This document shows, one piece after another, positions 1 through 10,506 of a stretch of DNA of 51,289 bases; position 1 is the first letter of the stretch, and each line of letters begins with the position of its first letter. A program made the translations under genes and the position numbers. Origin of the DNA: a virus (taxonomy: Duplodnaviria; Caudoviricetes); IMG/VR virus record IMGVR_UViG_3300037692_000062, positions 1 through 51,289 of that record; one strand, 5' to 3'. The notes beneath the pieces are model-generated. The model was given only the letters and a program-made list of their open reading frames with translations, did not search any database and was not told where the DNA came from.

Positions 1-198
1 GAAACCGCAGTCTAGGAGGACACCATGACTGAGAGTATGAAACTACATCCGACATTGCGTCATGCTACGCTTGAGGACGTACCATTCATCGTCGATCTGG
101 CTAAGGAGCTGGCTAAGAACAGTCCGTATGACGACATCGGGATCGACTACGCCAAGACCCGTCAGATGATGGAGAAGTTCGTAATCGAGGGTCAGGTG
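1..198. repeat. Terminal overlap, copy 1 (circular assembly)
   Basis: 1-198 matches 51092-51289 except G79 vs A51170; it cuts through genes, so it is probably an assembly overlap rather than a true terminal repeat. Confidence 0.95.
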
Positions 199-501
199 GA
201 ATACCTCGCACTTATCTCTCATGATAATGGTGAGCCGGTAGGTGCGATCTTTGCCTACGCCTTCGTGCCGCTGTTCTCCAAGAATAAGGTAGGGGTTGAG
301 GTCTTCTTCTACGTGAAACCCGAATATCGGAAGAGTCAACGTGGACAAGATTTGCGCAAGGCTTTCGAGTACTGGGCCAATTTGGTCGGTTGTAAACATG
401 TTCAGGGCGCTATCCTTTCAAACTCTCCAGAAGGTATGGAGAAGTTCTGGGAGCATAGCGGATATAAGCTCTCAGAACAGGTCTTTATGAAGGAGTTGTA
501 A
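25..501 (+). CDS. GNAT-family acetyltransferase-like protein in the virion module
   Basis: LRHATLED N-terminus, FYVKPEYRKSQRG acetyl-CoA loop, KFWEHSGY motif; AGGAGG RBS; lies between nozzle and internal virion genes. Confidence 0.8.
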   Translation: MTESMKLHPTLRHATLEDVPFIVDLAKELAKNSPYDDIGIDYAKTRQMMEKFVIEGQVEYLALISHDNGEPVGAIFAYAFVPLFSKNKVGVEVFFYVKPEYRKSQRGQDLRKAFEYWANLVGCKHVQGAILSNSPEGMEKFWEHSGYKLSEQVFMKEL

Positions 502-502
502 T

Positions 503-1093
503 ATGTCGGCTGCTGGACTTATCGGCACAGCCTTGTCTCTTGTCGGCACTGTTGTCTCCACTGTAGCTCAGAACCAGATGGTTGCTGAACAAACAGCAGC
601 GAGTAAGCGGGCTGAGAACGCTCGTGAACAACAAATGCAGCTAGAAGCTCAGCGTCAGCGTAGGATTTCTGTTCGGCAGGCATTGCTTGCTCGAAGCCAG
701 TCTCTTGCCGTCGGCACAGCACAAGGCGCTCAATACGGCTCTGGTGTGGCTGCTGCCATGGGTGGCGCTGTCGCACAGGGGCAGGAAAATCAATCGAATG
801 TCAACTCTGGTGAAATCCTCGGTGGACGCATCTTCCAAGCCAATCGGGACTACTTCGATGCCACACAACGCGGACAGGCGGGCATCTCTCTTGGTCAGGG
901 TATCTCCGCCTTGGGCGGGGCTATCGTCAGTAATGCTGGCGCCATCGGTCGTCTAGGTGGGAATATGTCTGGGAACGTCGCGGGACAAACCCCGACAGTC
1001 CAGACATTTGGAAACTCCAATGCTGCTCCTCAGCCCGCACCTATTCCATGGTTTAGGACCAACTACCAGATGCCTCGGGCATTCGCTGTTTAA
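503..1093 (+). CDS. Internal virion (ejection) protein, T7 gp14-like position
   Basis: Ala/Gly/Gln-rich, hydrophobic N-terminal helix, coiled coil; first of the internal protein genes. Confidence 0.65.
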   Translation: MSAAGLIGTALSLVGTVVSTVAQNQMVAEQTAASKRAENAREQQMQLEAQRQRRISVRQALLARSQSLAVGTAQGAQYGSGVAAAMGGAVAQGQENQSNVNSGEILGGRIFQANRDYFDATQRGQAGISLGQGISALGGAIVSNAGAIGRLGGNMSGNVAGQTPTVQTFGNSNAAPQPAPIPWFRTNYQMPRAFAV

Positions 1094-1107
1094 CCTCAGG
1101 GGATACA

Positions 1108-4100
1108 ATGGCTAACGAAGTCACACTGTTTCAGCCGCCTCAGCCCCAAATTAGTTTCACTGGGGAACAGCCGACACAGTTAAATCAAGATACCGTCGAT
1201 ACACTCACGGAGAAGTACGACTACGCTCTTGGGGATACGTCTCCCGGAAGAGACTATCTTGTCCAAAGCTTCTGGCTTGGTCATGAACGTCGTATCCGTG
1301 ATATGGCAGCCATTCAAGAGGCAATGGCGCAGAGGCAAGAACGTAGTAAACAAGTCCTTGGTGTTACTAATCTCGCTGCGTCTGAAGGTCGTTCCTTGAC
1401 CAGTGAAGAGCGTCGCTTTGTCTATGACACCATGAATGCTCCAGTCGATGCTGATCCGAACACTGTCCTTGAGAGGATGTTTGCGGCTAGGTTTATTGAC
1501 GAAGCCGCACCTGCTGAGAAGCTCGCAGCGATGGAGGAAGACCCGCAAGCCACAGAGATGGTCGACGCCCATGGCAAGGATTTCGTAGCCAAACAGCAGG
1601 CTGCTATGCGTGTCGCTGAGGATATCCAGGCTCGGCTGCAACAGAATAACTGGCTGAACACAGGTACAGATTTCCTCAAGGGGTTGGTGCCGTTTTGGAC
1701 GTGGGCCAACGTTCACAGCAAGTTCGAAGGAGTGAAATCTGACGGTTTTCTGACTGGTGATAATATTACTCAGCAGGCAAGAGGTGCTTACCTTCTTCCT
1801 CTCGACCAGTTCCAGAGAGAGCTTCAGTCGACAGTCGATGAGATCGCAAAGACGAACATTCTCGATGCGGTGTACTATGCAAATGCCATGGTGTCGTACT
1901 CGTCTTCAGATGAACTCTGGGACAACGTCTTTACTGGCCTTGACGCGCTAGACGTCGCCACGCTCGGTGCTGGTGCAGCCATTGGGGTTGCAGGCAAGGT
2001 CTTGTCTGGGGGCTCGGCTGTCACGAAGTATGCCAATCGTGTCAAAGCAGCGACTCGTGGCATGGCCAATCCGAAAGCGAGTAAGTCGACACAACTCGTT
2101 CTCCAAGGGGATATCCCAGAAGCGGCCAGAGAGCGTGTCAAGACAGCTTTTGCTAATGTCGGCGCGTCTGTCTCAGATAGTACTGGCAGCTCGACATCGC
2201 AAATGCGTGGGAACATCGAGGCCCTTGCGTCTAGGCATGGCATGCTTAATCCGAAGAATTACGTCGATGATCCAGGAACGTTGTCTAATGAAATGGCAGC
2301 CCGTCTTCAGGATGACCTTGCGGCAAATAAAGACCTGATCATCAGCACGATGGTTGATCTCCAAGTCGTGCCGCATATCATCGAAGAAGCTGCGATACTC
2401 AAGGGCATGGAAAACGCGGAGAGTAATTTCCGCAGGACCTTCCGCTACCTCGAAGACGCCATCGTTGACATCACCCCTGTTCGGGAAAGTGATGAAGTCT
2501 TTGGTGGTGTTGATCACATCAGCATTCTTCTTGGAAAAACCGATGCGGACAGCTTTAAGTCTCCCGAGCAAGCACAGTTCTGGGCCAACGATGCGTATTC
2601 TCTTGTCCCCGGCAGCTATAACATCGTCAACCGAGACGGGCACTATTACATCCAGATGCGGAAGAACGTCGATGAAACGGCATTGTCCGTCACCGATCTT
2701 CGCCTTGGAACAGGTAATGCGACGCAAGAGACATGGTTGAATGTCTTCATCGGTTTCCTTCGCAACCCTGATACACTGTTGTCTGATCCGACTGTGGCGA
2801 ATAGAAAGGTCGCGACGTACGGTGGCAATGCTGTCGCGAAGCGCCTTGAAGAGGTTCTCAAGCCCATCACCAAGCTGAGCAAGAATCAGGTTGAGAAGCT
2901 CAAGACAGTTATGGATCACGCTCGGTTTGAGTTTCGGAACGTCCAGACGCCAGACGGCAAGATCGAACGTGTCCGTGGAAAGTTCTACGACAACGTCGGT
3001 GAATTCGAGAGGTCGTATTTTAAAATCCACGGGGATATGCCTTCGTACGACGAATCTCTGGCCTATTTCTCATTCCGTGATGTCATGGACTGGGACTTCT
3101 TGCAGAGGAATCTCTCTGTGCGCCGGGACAAGGACCGCCTTGGTATCGAACAAAAGGCGTTTACCTTTACGATCCTCGACAAGAAGGCCCAGACGAGTAC
3201 TGTGTCGTCTTCGTTGTTCTTTGAAGGCAGGACACTAGAGAACCTTCCGCACACAGGAACGACACCGTTCACTGTCGGTTGGGTGCGTCCAGAAGATGGC
3301 AGCCTCCGCTTTAATTTGTCTACGAAGATGCGGAAAAACGAGTGGGATGAGCTTGACGAAGCCATTGCAAGCGGGAATTACGAAGTCATACAGGTTGCCG
3401 ATCCAAAGTCGCGTCCTTTGAATGAACTCCTGCAATCTGGCGGAGAGCCGGTTGAATACCTTGTCGTGCGTGACATCAAGACGAAGCCGTTGAGCTCCGA
3501 TCAGGTTGCGTACAATGAAGGTGGCCACTGGAACTACCCACAAAACGGTTGGTACAGTAAGCAGCCGTCTGTCCATAACACAAAGTTCGGGAGGAAGGTC
3601 TACGACGGTGATACCGTTCTGCATTACTATCCTGCGGGGGCTCAGGGCAGGAAGTTCAATCAGGCATACGAAGCGGGCCGGCAACTCATCAAAGACGTGG
3701 CCGCACGGAAGGTTTCCATTGCTGCTGCTGATCGGTGGATCAGTACGCATCTGCCGTATGACAATTTGAACGCATTTATGAAAATCTTCCGCAGCAAGGA
3801 AAATCCGAATGCAGCATTTGATATTAACTCTCCATTCATCCTCACCCCCAGCGGTGTGAGCGCTGCCGATGCCCTTGATTTGAAGAGTGTCTTCGGAAGA
3901 GATGTCGTCAATGTCAGCCGGTCCGATCATAATCTCACAGGCTACATCAACAGTAAGTACACCCAGCAACGTGGAGAGCGTGTTACCAGCATCCTTGAAG
4001 CAGGGACGGAGAGCAATCCGTTGTTCGCTTTGACAGGCGCACCCCTGCTAGACAGTATGGAAACTCTCCGACTGTCTGCGACACAGATCGCCAAAGACCG

Positions 4101-6000
4101 GTTCTACGAAGACCTGAAGCACCAGTCAATTGAAGACTGGATCGCTCAATTTGGTCGCATTATCGATGCGTCTCCGGAGCAACTTCGTGCCGACCCGATT
4201 AAGTATCTAAAAGGCGTCGAGAATAAACTCACCATTCGTGAGGGTTCTGACAAAGCGGTTATCTCCGCAGCCTACCAGTCTAGGCGGGCATTGCTGCAAA
4301 TCCTTGGCGAGCCTACTGAGGATGCCCTCCTCGCTCGATGGGCAAAGCAGAAGATCATTGACGAGCTCTACAGAACTCGTGGATTGAAGTCTGTAAAGTC
4401 TATCGAACCGTTGTTGTGGGACAGCAATCTTGATCCTGCGGCGATGGCGAGGTACGTCACCTTCGAGGCTCACCTTGGGTTGTTTAATCCGACACAGGTC
4501 TTCCTCCAAGGCATGGCTGCTTCCTTCGCCATGGCAATCGATGGTAATCCGGTTCGGGCTGCTAGGGCTACCCATGCCTTCTGGAGCATGCGGATGCGTG
4601 GCATGGCTGTCGACGGCAGTAAGGCACAAGGCTGGTTCTCAAAGCAGGTCAGTAAAGCGCTGGCTATCGACAACGACGTCATGGACGAGATGTATACGTT
4701 GTGGAAAGAAAGTGGTGCAGCGTTTATCGAAGGTGAGTTCGCTAACCTCGATAACTACCTCAATCCGGGAATGTTTATGGACAACAGGACGGGCAAGCGT
4801 GCGTTGCGTGCTGGCGAGTTCTTCTTCCATGAAGGCAACGGCATCCACCGTGGGACTTCTTTTACACTGGCGTACCTCGCATGGAGAGACGCCAATCCGA
4901 CGGCTAAGCTTACGAATGCTGCCAAACGTCAGATCATCGACAGAATGGACAAACTGTATATCAATATGTCCCGAGCGAGTAATGCATCGTGGCAACGTGG
5001 CTGGCCAAGCATTCCTACCCAATTCTTCTCATTCCAAGCAAGGATGAGTGAACTCCTTTTGGCTGGTACGTTTGGCGGTAAGGCGATACTTACCCCAGCT
5101 GAGAAACTCAGGCTTATTGTCGTGAACTCAGCGTTGTTCGGGATACCAGTCGGTACTCTCGGGACTACGCTAGGCGTGGCTTTTCCGGCCTACGACAGCA
5201 TTAAGACAAAGCTTCTTGAGGAGGGTGTGAACTTTCAAGAGCCGATGTGGGACTTGTTCATGAATGGGTTCATGGGTGCGGCGACACAATGGGTCTTTGG
5301 AGACAGTTATGACGTCTCAAGCCGCATCGGTCCCGGTGGCCTGTCTTGGGCAGAAGACTTGTGGAACCTCGACTTCATGCGGGCACTAGGCGCGTCACCG
5401 AACTTCTTGAACGACGTCATGTCTCTCGGTAGCCCATTCCTCGCATCTGCGGCCAGTCTCTTCAACGAGAACCCCGATGCGAGATACGAACCGTCTGAGC
5501 AGGACTTCCTCGAAGCCATCCGGGAGGTGTCCTCTGCAAGTCATTTCCTTCGTGCGATGTACATCTTTAACACCGGGAAGTGGAAAGATCGAAGGGACGG
5601 TCTGGTCGGTGTTGTCAATGACCACGACATCAGGACGACAATTGCGGTAGCTCTTGGGTTGACGCCCAGCGATATCGCAGACACATACCTCAAGGCTGAC
5701 AGCAACAAGAAAACACAAGAGGCACAGAATGCAATACGCCGTGAAGTCATCAAGAATTACCGCTATGGTGTCGACGCGTATTCAGACCGGAAGTGGGACC
5801 AAGGTGATCGGTACTTTAGAAACGCCGTGGCCCTTATGATCGGTGGTGGCTTTGACGAGCAGAAGCGTGGGGAGGTCTTCCGTGAAGCGATTAAGTACAC
5901 CGCGCCGCTTAGTAGGCAGGTTGAGATGGAGTTTATTCGAAATGATCCTAAGAAGCGGTTCCAGACGTATTTGGACAAGGTCAGTGAAGGAGGAAACTAA
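1108..6000 (+). CDS. Large internal virion protein (1630 aa)
   Basis: Size, position and helical composition typical of podovirus ejection proteins. Confidence 0.7.
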   Translation: MANEVTLFQPPQPQISFTGEQPTQLNQDTVDTLTEKYDYALGDTSPGRDYLVQSFWLGHERRIRDMAAIQEAMAQRQERSKQVLGVTNLAASEGRSLTSEERRFVYDTMNAPVDADPNTVLERMFAARFIDEAAPAEKLAAMEEDPQATEMVDAHGKDFVAKQQAAMRVAEDIQARLQQNNWLNTGTDFLKGLVPFWTWANVHSKFEGVKSDGFLTGDNITQQARGAYLLPLDQFQRELQSTVDEIAKTNILDAVYYANAMVSYSSSDELWDNVFTGLDALDVATLGAGAAIGVAGKVLSGGSAVTKYANRVKAATRGMANPKASKSTQLVLQGDIPEAARERVKTAFANVGASVSDSTGSSTSQMRGNIEALASRHGMLNPKNYVDDPGTLSNEMAARLQDDLAANKDLIISTMVDLQVVPHIIEEAAILKGMENAESNFRRTFRYLEDAIVDITPVRESDEVFGGVDHISILLGKTDADSFKSPEQAQFWANDAYSLVPGSYNIVNRDGHYYIQMRKNVDETALSVTDLRLGTGNATQETWLNVFIGFLRNPDTLLSDPTVANRKVATYGGNAVAKRLEEVLKPITKLSKNQVEKLKTVMDHARFEFRNVQTPDGKIERVRGKFYDNVGEFERSYFKIHGDMPSYDESLAYFSFRDVMDWDFLQRNLSVRRDKDRLGIEQKAFTFTILDKKAQTSTVSSSLFFEGRTLENLPHTGTTPFTVGWVRPEDGSLRFNLSTKMRKNEWDELDEAIASGNYEVIQVADPKSRPLNELLQSGGEPVEYLVVRDIKTKPLSSDQVAYNEGGHWNYPQNGWYSKQPSVHNTKFGRKVYDGDTVLHYYPAGAQGRKFNQAYEAGRQLIKDVAARKVSIAAADRWISTHLPYDNLNAFMKIFRSKENPNAAFDINSPFILTPSGVSAADALDLKSVFGRDVVNVSRSDHNLTGYINSKYTQQRGERVTSILEAGTESNPLFALTGAPLLDSMETLRLSATQIAKDRFYEDLKHQSIEDWIAQFGRIIDASPEQLRADPIKYLKGVENKLTIREGSDKAVISAAYQSRRALLQILGEPTEDALLARWAKQKIIDELYRTRGLKSVKSIEPLLWDSNLDPAAMARYVTFEAHLGLFNPTQVFLQGMAASFAMAIDGNPVRAARATHAFWSMRMRGMAVDGSKAQGWFSKQVSKALAIDNDVMDEMYTLWKESGAAFIEGEFANLDNYLNPGMFMDNRTGKRALRAGEFFFHEGNGIHRGTSFTLAYLAWRDANPTAKLTNAAKRQIIDRMDKLYINMSRASNASWQRGWPSIPTQFFSFQARMSELLLAGTFGGKAILTPAEKLRLIVVNSALFGIPVGTLGTTLGVAFPAYDSIKTKLLEEGVNFQEPMWDLFMNGFMGAATQWVFGDSYDVSSRIGPGGLSWAEDLWNLDFMRALGASPNFLNDVMSLGSPFLASAASLFNENPDARYEPSEQDFLEAIREVSSASHFLRAMYIFNTGKWKDRRDGLVGVVNDHDIRTTIAVALGLTPSDIADTYLKADSNKKTQEAQNAIRREVIKNYRYGVDAYSDRKWDQGDRYFRNAVALMIGGGFDEQKRGEVFREAIKYTAPLSRQVEMEFIRNDPKKRFQTYLDKVSEGGN

Positions 6001-8081
6001 TGGCAGCCTTTGATGTAAAACCAGCTGAACAGCAGGTCCCGAACTTCACCGGTGCGAGCCAAGGTATTCGTGCCAGTGCAAATACTGGTCTTGGTGACTT
6101 GTTCAAAGGGTTGGCTGCCACTCTAGATATGGGCATCCAAGAGGCAGACAGGAACGAGCAGCAGAAGATACAGAACGACATCTTCGATCAGGTCGACACG
6201 ATCAACAACGAGTTCGGTGTTGGTGACGCCACTGATTTACAGGCGGATGCAGAGGCCCCCGCAAGGCCTGCACAGCTGGAGTCTGCTGGGGAGCAGCTCG
6301 ACAGGCTACAGGCTGCATACGAAGCGGGTGTCCTGAAAGAAAGCCACTACTGGGCACGTATGAACAGTATGGTGCGTCAGCTTCGTGGAAAGTACCCCGG
6401 TTATCGCCCTGAGATTGATCAGATGGTTTCTGGCATCGTTGGTGCTAAGCCTGCGAATGCTCTCAGGAATGCGTTGTTTAACGAGTGGAGCGCAGCGTCA
6501 GCACAACAGAAATCTGTCGGTGATCTCGCTGAATGGATGGCTAAGTCAGGTACAGTCAAGCTTCCGTCGGACTACTTCCTCCGAGTTCAGAATGGTGACC
6601 CGTACAGCTACACAGAGCTCCTTGCTAGCCTGACTGATCAGACAAGCCAACAGGCTGAGGTCAGCAATCGCAGGGCGGCTCTCGCACTACAGGCTGACCA
6701 AGGCACTGCAAACGAAAAACAAGCGGAGAGTAACTTCCGTGTTGAGGCTAACCAGATGGTTGTCTCCCTGCTTCAAGACACGGGTTTGCAAGTCGGGAAG
6801 AACTTCCAACAGTTCAGAGAGAAACTCCGCGAGTACCAGAATAGTGTCATAGGTGGCAAAGGCATTGACGCCACTGAGCTCGTGGCGCTGTCACAGGGCT
6901 TTGAACAACTCAAGAACGACCTCAATCTTGCCCTTCTCCAGAAGTACAACGAGACTTGGGATGGTGACCCCAACCACAGTTATGTCGCTCTCTTGGAGAC
7001 TTCAACCCGGGACGACGTCATTAAGAACGCCCTAGGCCCTGTCTTGCTGATGCAGGCTGGCTTGACTGGTGATAAATCGATCAGTCTTGTCGAGAGTACA
7101 CAGGCGTATCTCGAAGCGATGAAGGCTCAAGACAAGCGGAAAATCCTTGATGGCTATCCAGTCATCCGTGAGTTGTCTGCGTTGGCGGATACTCTTGGAC
7201 CGTCGTTGTCGTCTTCCCTTCTCGGGCTGTCCAGTGGTGTCGAAAGTGACCTCGCCAAGGCGTTGATCGACATGCACGATGCAGAGATTTTCCAAGGCAA
7301 ACCTACGACGGTTACCGATATGCTCAGCACAGGTGTCTCTACTGGTCAAGGACCCGACTACTACAACAGCATCATCGACCGTTGGACTGGTCTTGTTGAT
7401 GCCGTTCGTTCAGGGGATGTCCCTCAAGAGCAGCTCGGGCAGAAAGCCAAGGCGATGTTCTCTGTGTCGTCTCAGGCAGTGCTTGCTACAATGGACGAAG
7501 GCTCTCAGTATGAGTACTTCCGTCGAGTTACGAGTCCGATAGTGACACAACAGATGCTGTCCCTGAAGAACGCTGGTGACACCGAGGCGTGGCAATACTA
7601 CCAGTCTTGGGTTACTGGCGCGTTTATGTCACTATTCCAGAAAGACGTCACTGATCTCCAAGGGTTCAACACCGATCCTGTGATGCAAGGCATGACAGTG
7701 ACTTGGGACCCGAAGAACCTCGCGTTTAAGTTCAAGCTCGGAAGTGACTATGGTGCAACACCTCCGGGGACACACTTCGGCGGACCCGGTGATTTTCCAA
7801 TTGGCTTTGGGGCATCTGGTGATATCGGAAGCCGGCTTAATACTGCGATCAGGAACGTCGCTCCGATCTTTACAGAGAACGGTGGTGACGTCGCTCAAGA
7901 GGTCTTTATCATCCTCCAGCGGATGGGTTTCAATCCGTCTGCCAAGAGGAATAAAGCGATTGGTGACGCCATGATCGAGTCTCTTGGTAGGACACTGATG
8001 AGTGGCAGTCTCCAAAGTCGTGGTGCTGTGACTGTCCCTATCATGGATAACCGTCCGGAGGTGAACACCAATGGCCGTTAA
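6000..8081 (+). CDS. Internal virion protein (693 aa)
   Basis: TAATG coupling to the previous gene; helical; position. Confidence 0.6.
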   Translation: MAAFDVKPAEQQVPNFTGASQGIRASANTGLGDLFKGLAATLDMGIQEADRNEQQKIQNDIFDQVDTINNEFGVGDATDLQADAEAPARPAQLESAGEQLDRLQAAYEAGVLKESHYWARMNSMVRQLRGKYPGYRPEIDQMVSGIVGAKPANALRNALFNEWSAASAQQKSVGDLAEWMAKSGTVKLPSDYFLRVQNGDPYSYTELLASLTDQTSQQAEVSNRRAALALQADQGTANEKQAESNFRVEANQMVVSLLQDTGLQVGKNFQQFREKLREYQNSVIGGKGIDATELVALSQGFEQLKNDLNLALLQKYNETWDGDPNHSYVALLETSTRDDVIKNALGPVLLMQAGLTGDKSISLVESTQAYLEAMKAQDKRKILDGYPVIRELSALADTLGPSLSSSLLGLSSGVESDLAKALIDMHDAEIFQGKPTTVTDMLSTGVSTGQGPDYYNSIIDRWTGLVDAVRSGDVPQEQLGQKAKAMFSVSSQAVLATMDEGSQYEYFRRVTSPIVTQQMLSLKNAGDTEAWQYYQSWVTGAFMSLFQKDVTDLQGFNTDPVMQGMTVTWDPKNLAFKFKLGSDYGATPPGTHFGGPGDFPIGFGASGDIGSRLNTAIRNVAPIFTENGGDVAQEVFIILQRMGFNPSAKRNKAIGDAMIESLGRTLMSGSLQSRGAVTVPIMDNRPEVNTNGR

Positions 8082-9405
8082 TCCGATTACACCGTTGAAA
8101 GAAACCCCGGGGTATACAGAAAATCCGTACTCTCCTGAACAATCTTCCCTGACTAGTGGTAGACAAGAGGGTGTCGTCTCCCCACCGCCACCTTCGGAAG
8201 CCGCAGGAAGTCCTCCACCTGCGCAGGCCCTAGTCAGGGAGGGCTTCTCGTATGATCCAGGCGGCCCTTCAGGTGGCCCTCAGACTCAGGACGTCACAGG
8301 GAGCGGGTTGTCTCAGGCGATCTCTGGGTTGCTGGAAACTGTGGCGCCGGAGGAAAGAGCCCCCGAGTACACCGAGTACAACTCTGTCCTCGACTCTCTG
8401 GACTTCGAAGGTGTTCCTGCTGTAACCCGGTTGTCATCTTTGAATACTGCGACGGCAACGAGTGCATCTTCAGCCGAGTCATACACGAGTGTCATTCCAA
8501 GCATTGTCGGAAATAAGAAATCTGGACAGTCTCCAGCGGCTGGTTCTGTTGTCGCGTGGGATTCGGGCTCAGCCGGTGGCATCGGAGCGGCTGATCCAAG
8601 GAACTTCCTAGCGACACAACCGAAAACACAGGCCCAGATGCGTGCGATATCCGCAGCATTCGGCTTGCCGTTGAGGATTACACCGCATGGCGGGACACAA
8701 CCCGATGCCCGATCTGGTACCAGCCAACACTCTTCCGGTGGCGCTGTAGACGTGTACATCGCTGATTATACCGATGCCCAGAAGCAGCAGCTCGTTGCCG
8801 TCGCTATCGCTACAGGGGCCAGAGGTCTTGGTAGTTACTCAGCTGGTGACGGCAAAGGGACGCTGCACATTGACTTCAGAAATGGTGGGAAGAACTTCGG
8901 GGACGAAATCCCCGGAGGCATCGCATTGTGGCACCGAAACCAACCAGGGGTTGACGATCCGTGGACTACGGGTCCAGATTGGTACGTCAACGGGATCAAG
9001 GATGGTGTAAAACTCCTGACACAAGGCACTCAACAGACTACACGATCAGTAAACCCCAGCGACCTCGTGCCAAGTACCGCTGCAAGCCCTTCAGGAGCCC
9101 GTGCAGAGGCAGAAGGCACTGACCCTATGGTAGGGTACCAGAATAATCTAAATTCGCTCCAAGAGCAGCTATTCAGCGACAAATCGCTATCCCTGTCTTT
9201 TGACAAAGCAATACGGACGTATCTCCCCGGTGTTAACCCAGAGAAATTCGTCCGTGAAAATTGGGGCGATCTCTTGAAACAGCAGGGCCATGAGGTCAAT
9301 TGGTTCACTATGAACCTAGGCCATCTGTCAGACATTCCTGTCGAACAACGGCAGATAGTCACCGAGAGTATAGCCCCGTTCCTAGGGCTTAAACCACCGG
9401 CCTAG
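8071..9405 (+). CDS. Putative virion protein with peptidase M15-like peptidoglycan hydrolase domain
   Basis: SQHSSGGAVDV (HxxxxAxD) and TLHIDFR (HxD) Zn ligands, GLGSY motif; Pro/Ser-rich N-terminal region. Confidence 0.7.
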   Translation: MAVNPITPLKETPGYTENPYSPEQSSLTSGRQEGVVSPPPPSEAAGSPPPAQALVREGFSYDPGGPSGGPQTQDVTGSGLSQAISGLLETVAPEERAPEYTEYNSVLDSLDFEGVPAVTRLSSLNTATATSASSAESYTSVIPSIVGNKKSGQSPAAGSVVAWDSGSAGGIGAADPRNFLATQPKTQAQMRAISAAFGLPLRITPHGGTQPDARSGTSQHSSGGAVDVYIADYTDAQKQQLVAVAIATGARGLGSYSAGDGKGTLHIDFRNGGKNFGDEIPGGIALWHRNQPGVDDPWTTGPDWYVNGIKDGVKLLTQGTQQTTRSVNPSDLVPSTAASPSGARAEAEGTDPMVGYQNNLNSLQEQLFSDKSLSLSFDKAIRTYLPGVNPEKFVRENWGDLLKQQGHEVNWFTMNLGHLSDIPVEQRQIVTESIAPFLGLKPPA

Positions 9406-10046
9406 CCCCAAGCCTCAGCCATCGCGTTCGCTATTCCTTGGTACGTCCTTGCTCGGTCCAGACCCCTCGTTGGGCTTGGGCCGAGTTTGTTTTGTCCGCT
9501 GTCCGTCTGGTTTGCCCACCGTTTCTTCCCGTTCACGATACGTGGTTGCACCCAAGTATCTTCCGATGGAATCGATAAGGGTTGCAGATTTTTCAACCAT
9601 AGGCATGTCCTCTTGCTTGCGTCATCGCCAAATTGATACGGCTGGACAGTCTGAGAATACGGAGGAAGATTGGCATACTTATGCGGAATCGGGTTCTCAA
9701 TAGCGATACGAGGGATATTCGCATTCCACAGTGCGTAAAAGAATTCCGACGCTTCAGACATTTTACCCCACCGAGGACCGACGTAAAATCCCGGATCAGT
9801 ATCTTCCCACAACCAACGCACACCGCTGTTACACAGGTACGTGCACGGCGGGTGTGCGATCATCAAATCCCATTCATGAGGATAGTGCTGGTACGCAGTG
9901 TTCGAGAGTGTGAAGACATCACCGCAGAAGTGATACGGGCTTCCGTCTTCAGCAGGGAGGAGGTCACACGACCAAGCGTTATGACCCTTAGCGCGGAACG
10001 CTTCACGCACAACGCCAGAGAACTCACAAGCGACTAAGACTCGCAT
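9402..10046 (-). CDS. Small phage DNA cytosine-C5 methyltransferase-like protein
   Basis: VLVACEFSG (variant motif I), AHPPCTYL (catalytic PC), IENP, QPYQFG, KRTCLW. Confidence 0.75.
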   Translation of the reverse strand: MRVLVACEFSGVVREAFRAKGHNAWSCDLLPAEDGSPYHFCGDVFTLSNTAYQHYPHEWDLMIAHPPCTYLCNSGVRWLWEDTDPGFYVGPRWGKMSEASEFFYALWNANIPRIAIENPIPHKYANLPPYSQTVQPYQFGDDASKRTCLWLKNLQPLSIPSEDTWVQPRIVNGKKRWANQTDSGQNKLGPSPTRGLDRARTYQGIANAMAEAWG

Positions 10047-10294
10047 ACTAACCTCTCTATTTTCAGAATCGTCCCTTTCAAGACGAGCATTTCATTCCTA
10101 CTGTCACCATCTTCTGTCAATGTTGACGACAACAAGAGGTAGTCTTTCGTCTCTTTGATGAGAACACCCACCGTCTGTATCTCAATGGGTGTCAGCTCCT
10201 TCTTGACGGTCCTCGTTAGACGCCAAGACGAAGAACCGTACGTCGTATGATCAAGCCACGTCACAAGGTATCGTGCCTGCTTCTTGAGTTTCAT
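10034..10294 (-). CDS. Conserved-looking small phage protein (WxD...TVG pattern)
   Basis: Overlaps both neighbours, AAGGAG RBS; beta-rich pattern. Confidence 0.6.
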   Translation of the reverse strand: MKLKKQARYLVTWLDHTTYGSSSWRLTRTVKKELTPIEIQTVGVLIKETKDYLLLSSTLTEDGDSRNEMLVLKGTILKIERLVCES

Positions 10295-10506
10295 GCTGGT
10301 ATCTTCTCCTTTGCGTGAATCGAGACGAAAGCTGTGACACCCTCGTCATCCTGTACGACAGACAAGTCGGTCACCTCTATCTCTGAATTCATCTTACGTC
10401 GAGTAGACGCGACTAGCCCGTTCAAAGCACGTAGGACGTCTAAGTACGACTCTCTCGTGACTTTGTATTTCAGCGTGCCGTTAGTGACGCCAACGAGTTT
10501 ACTCAT
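10291..10506 (-). CDS. Hypothetical protein
   Basis: TGATG coupling to primase-helicase and ATGA coupling to the next gene. Confidence 0.6.
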   Translation of the reverse strand: MSKLVGVTNGTLKYKVTRESYLDVLRALNGLVASTRRKMNSEIEVTDLSVVQDDEGVTAFVSIHAKEKIPA

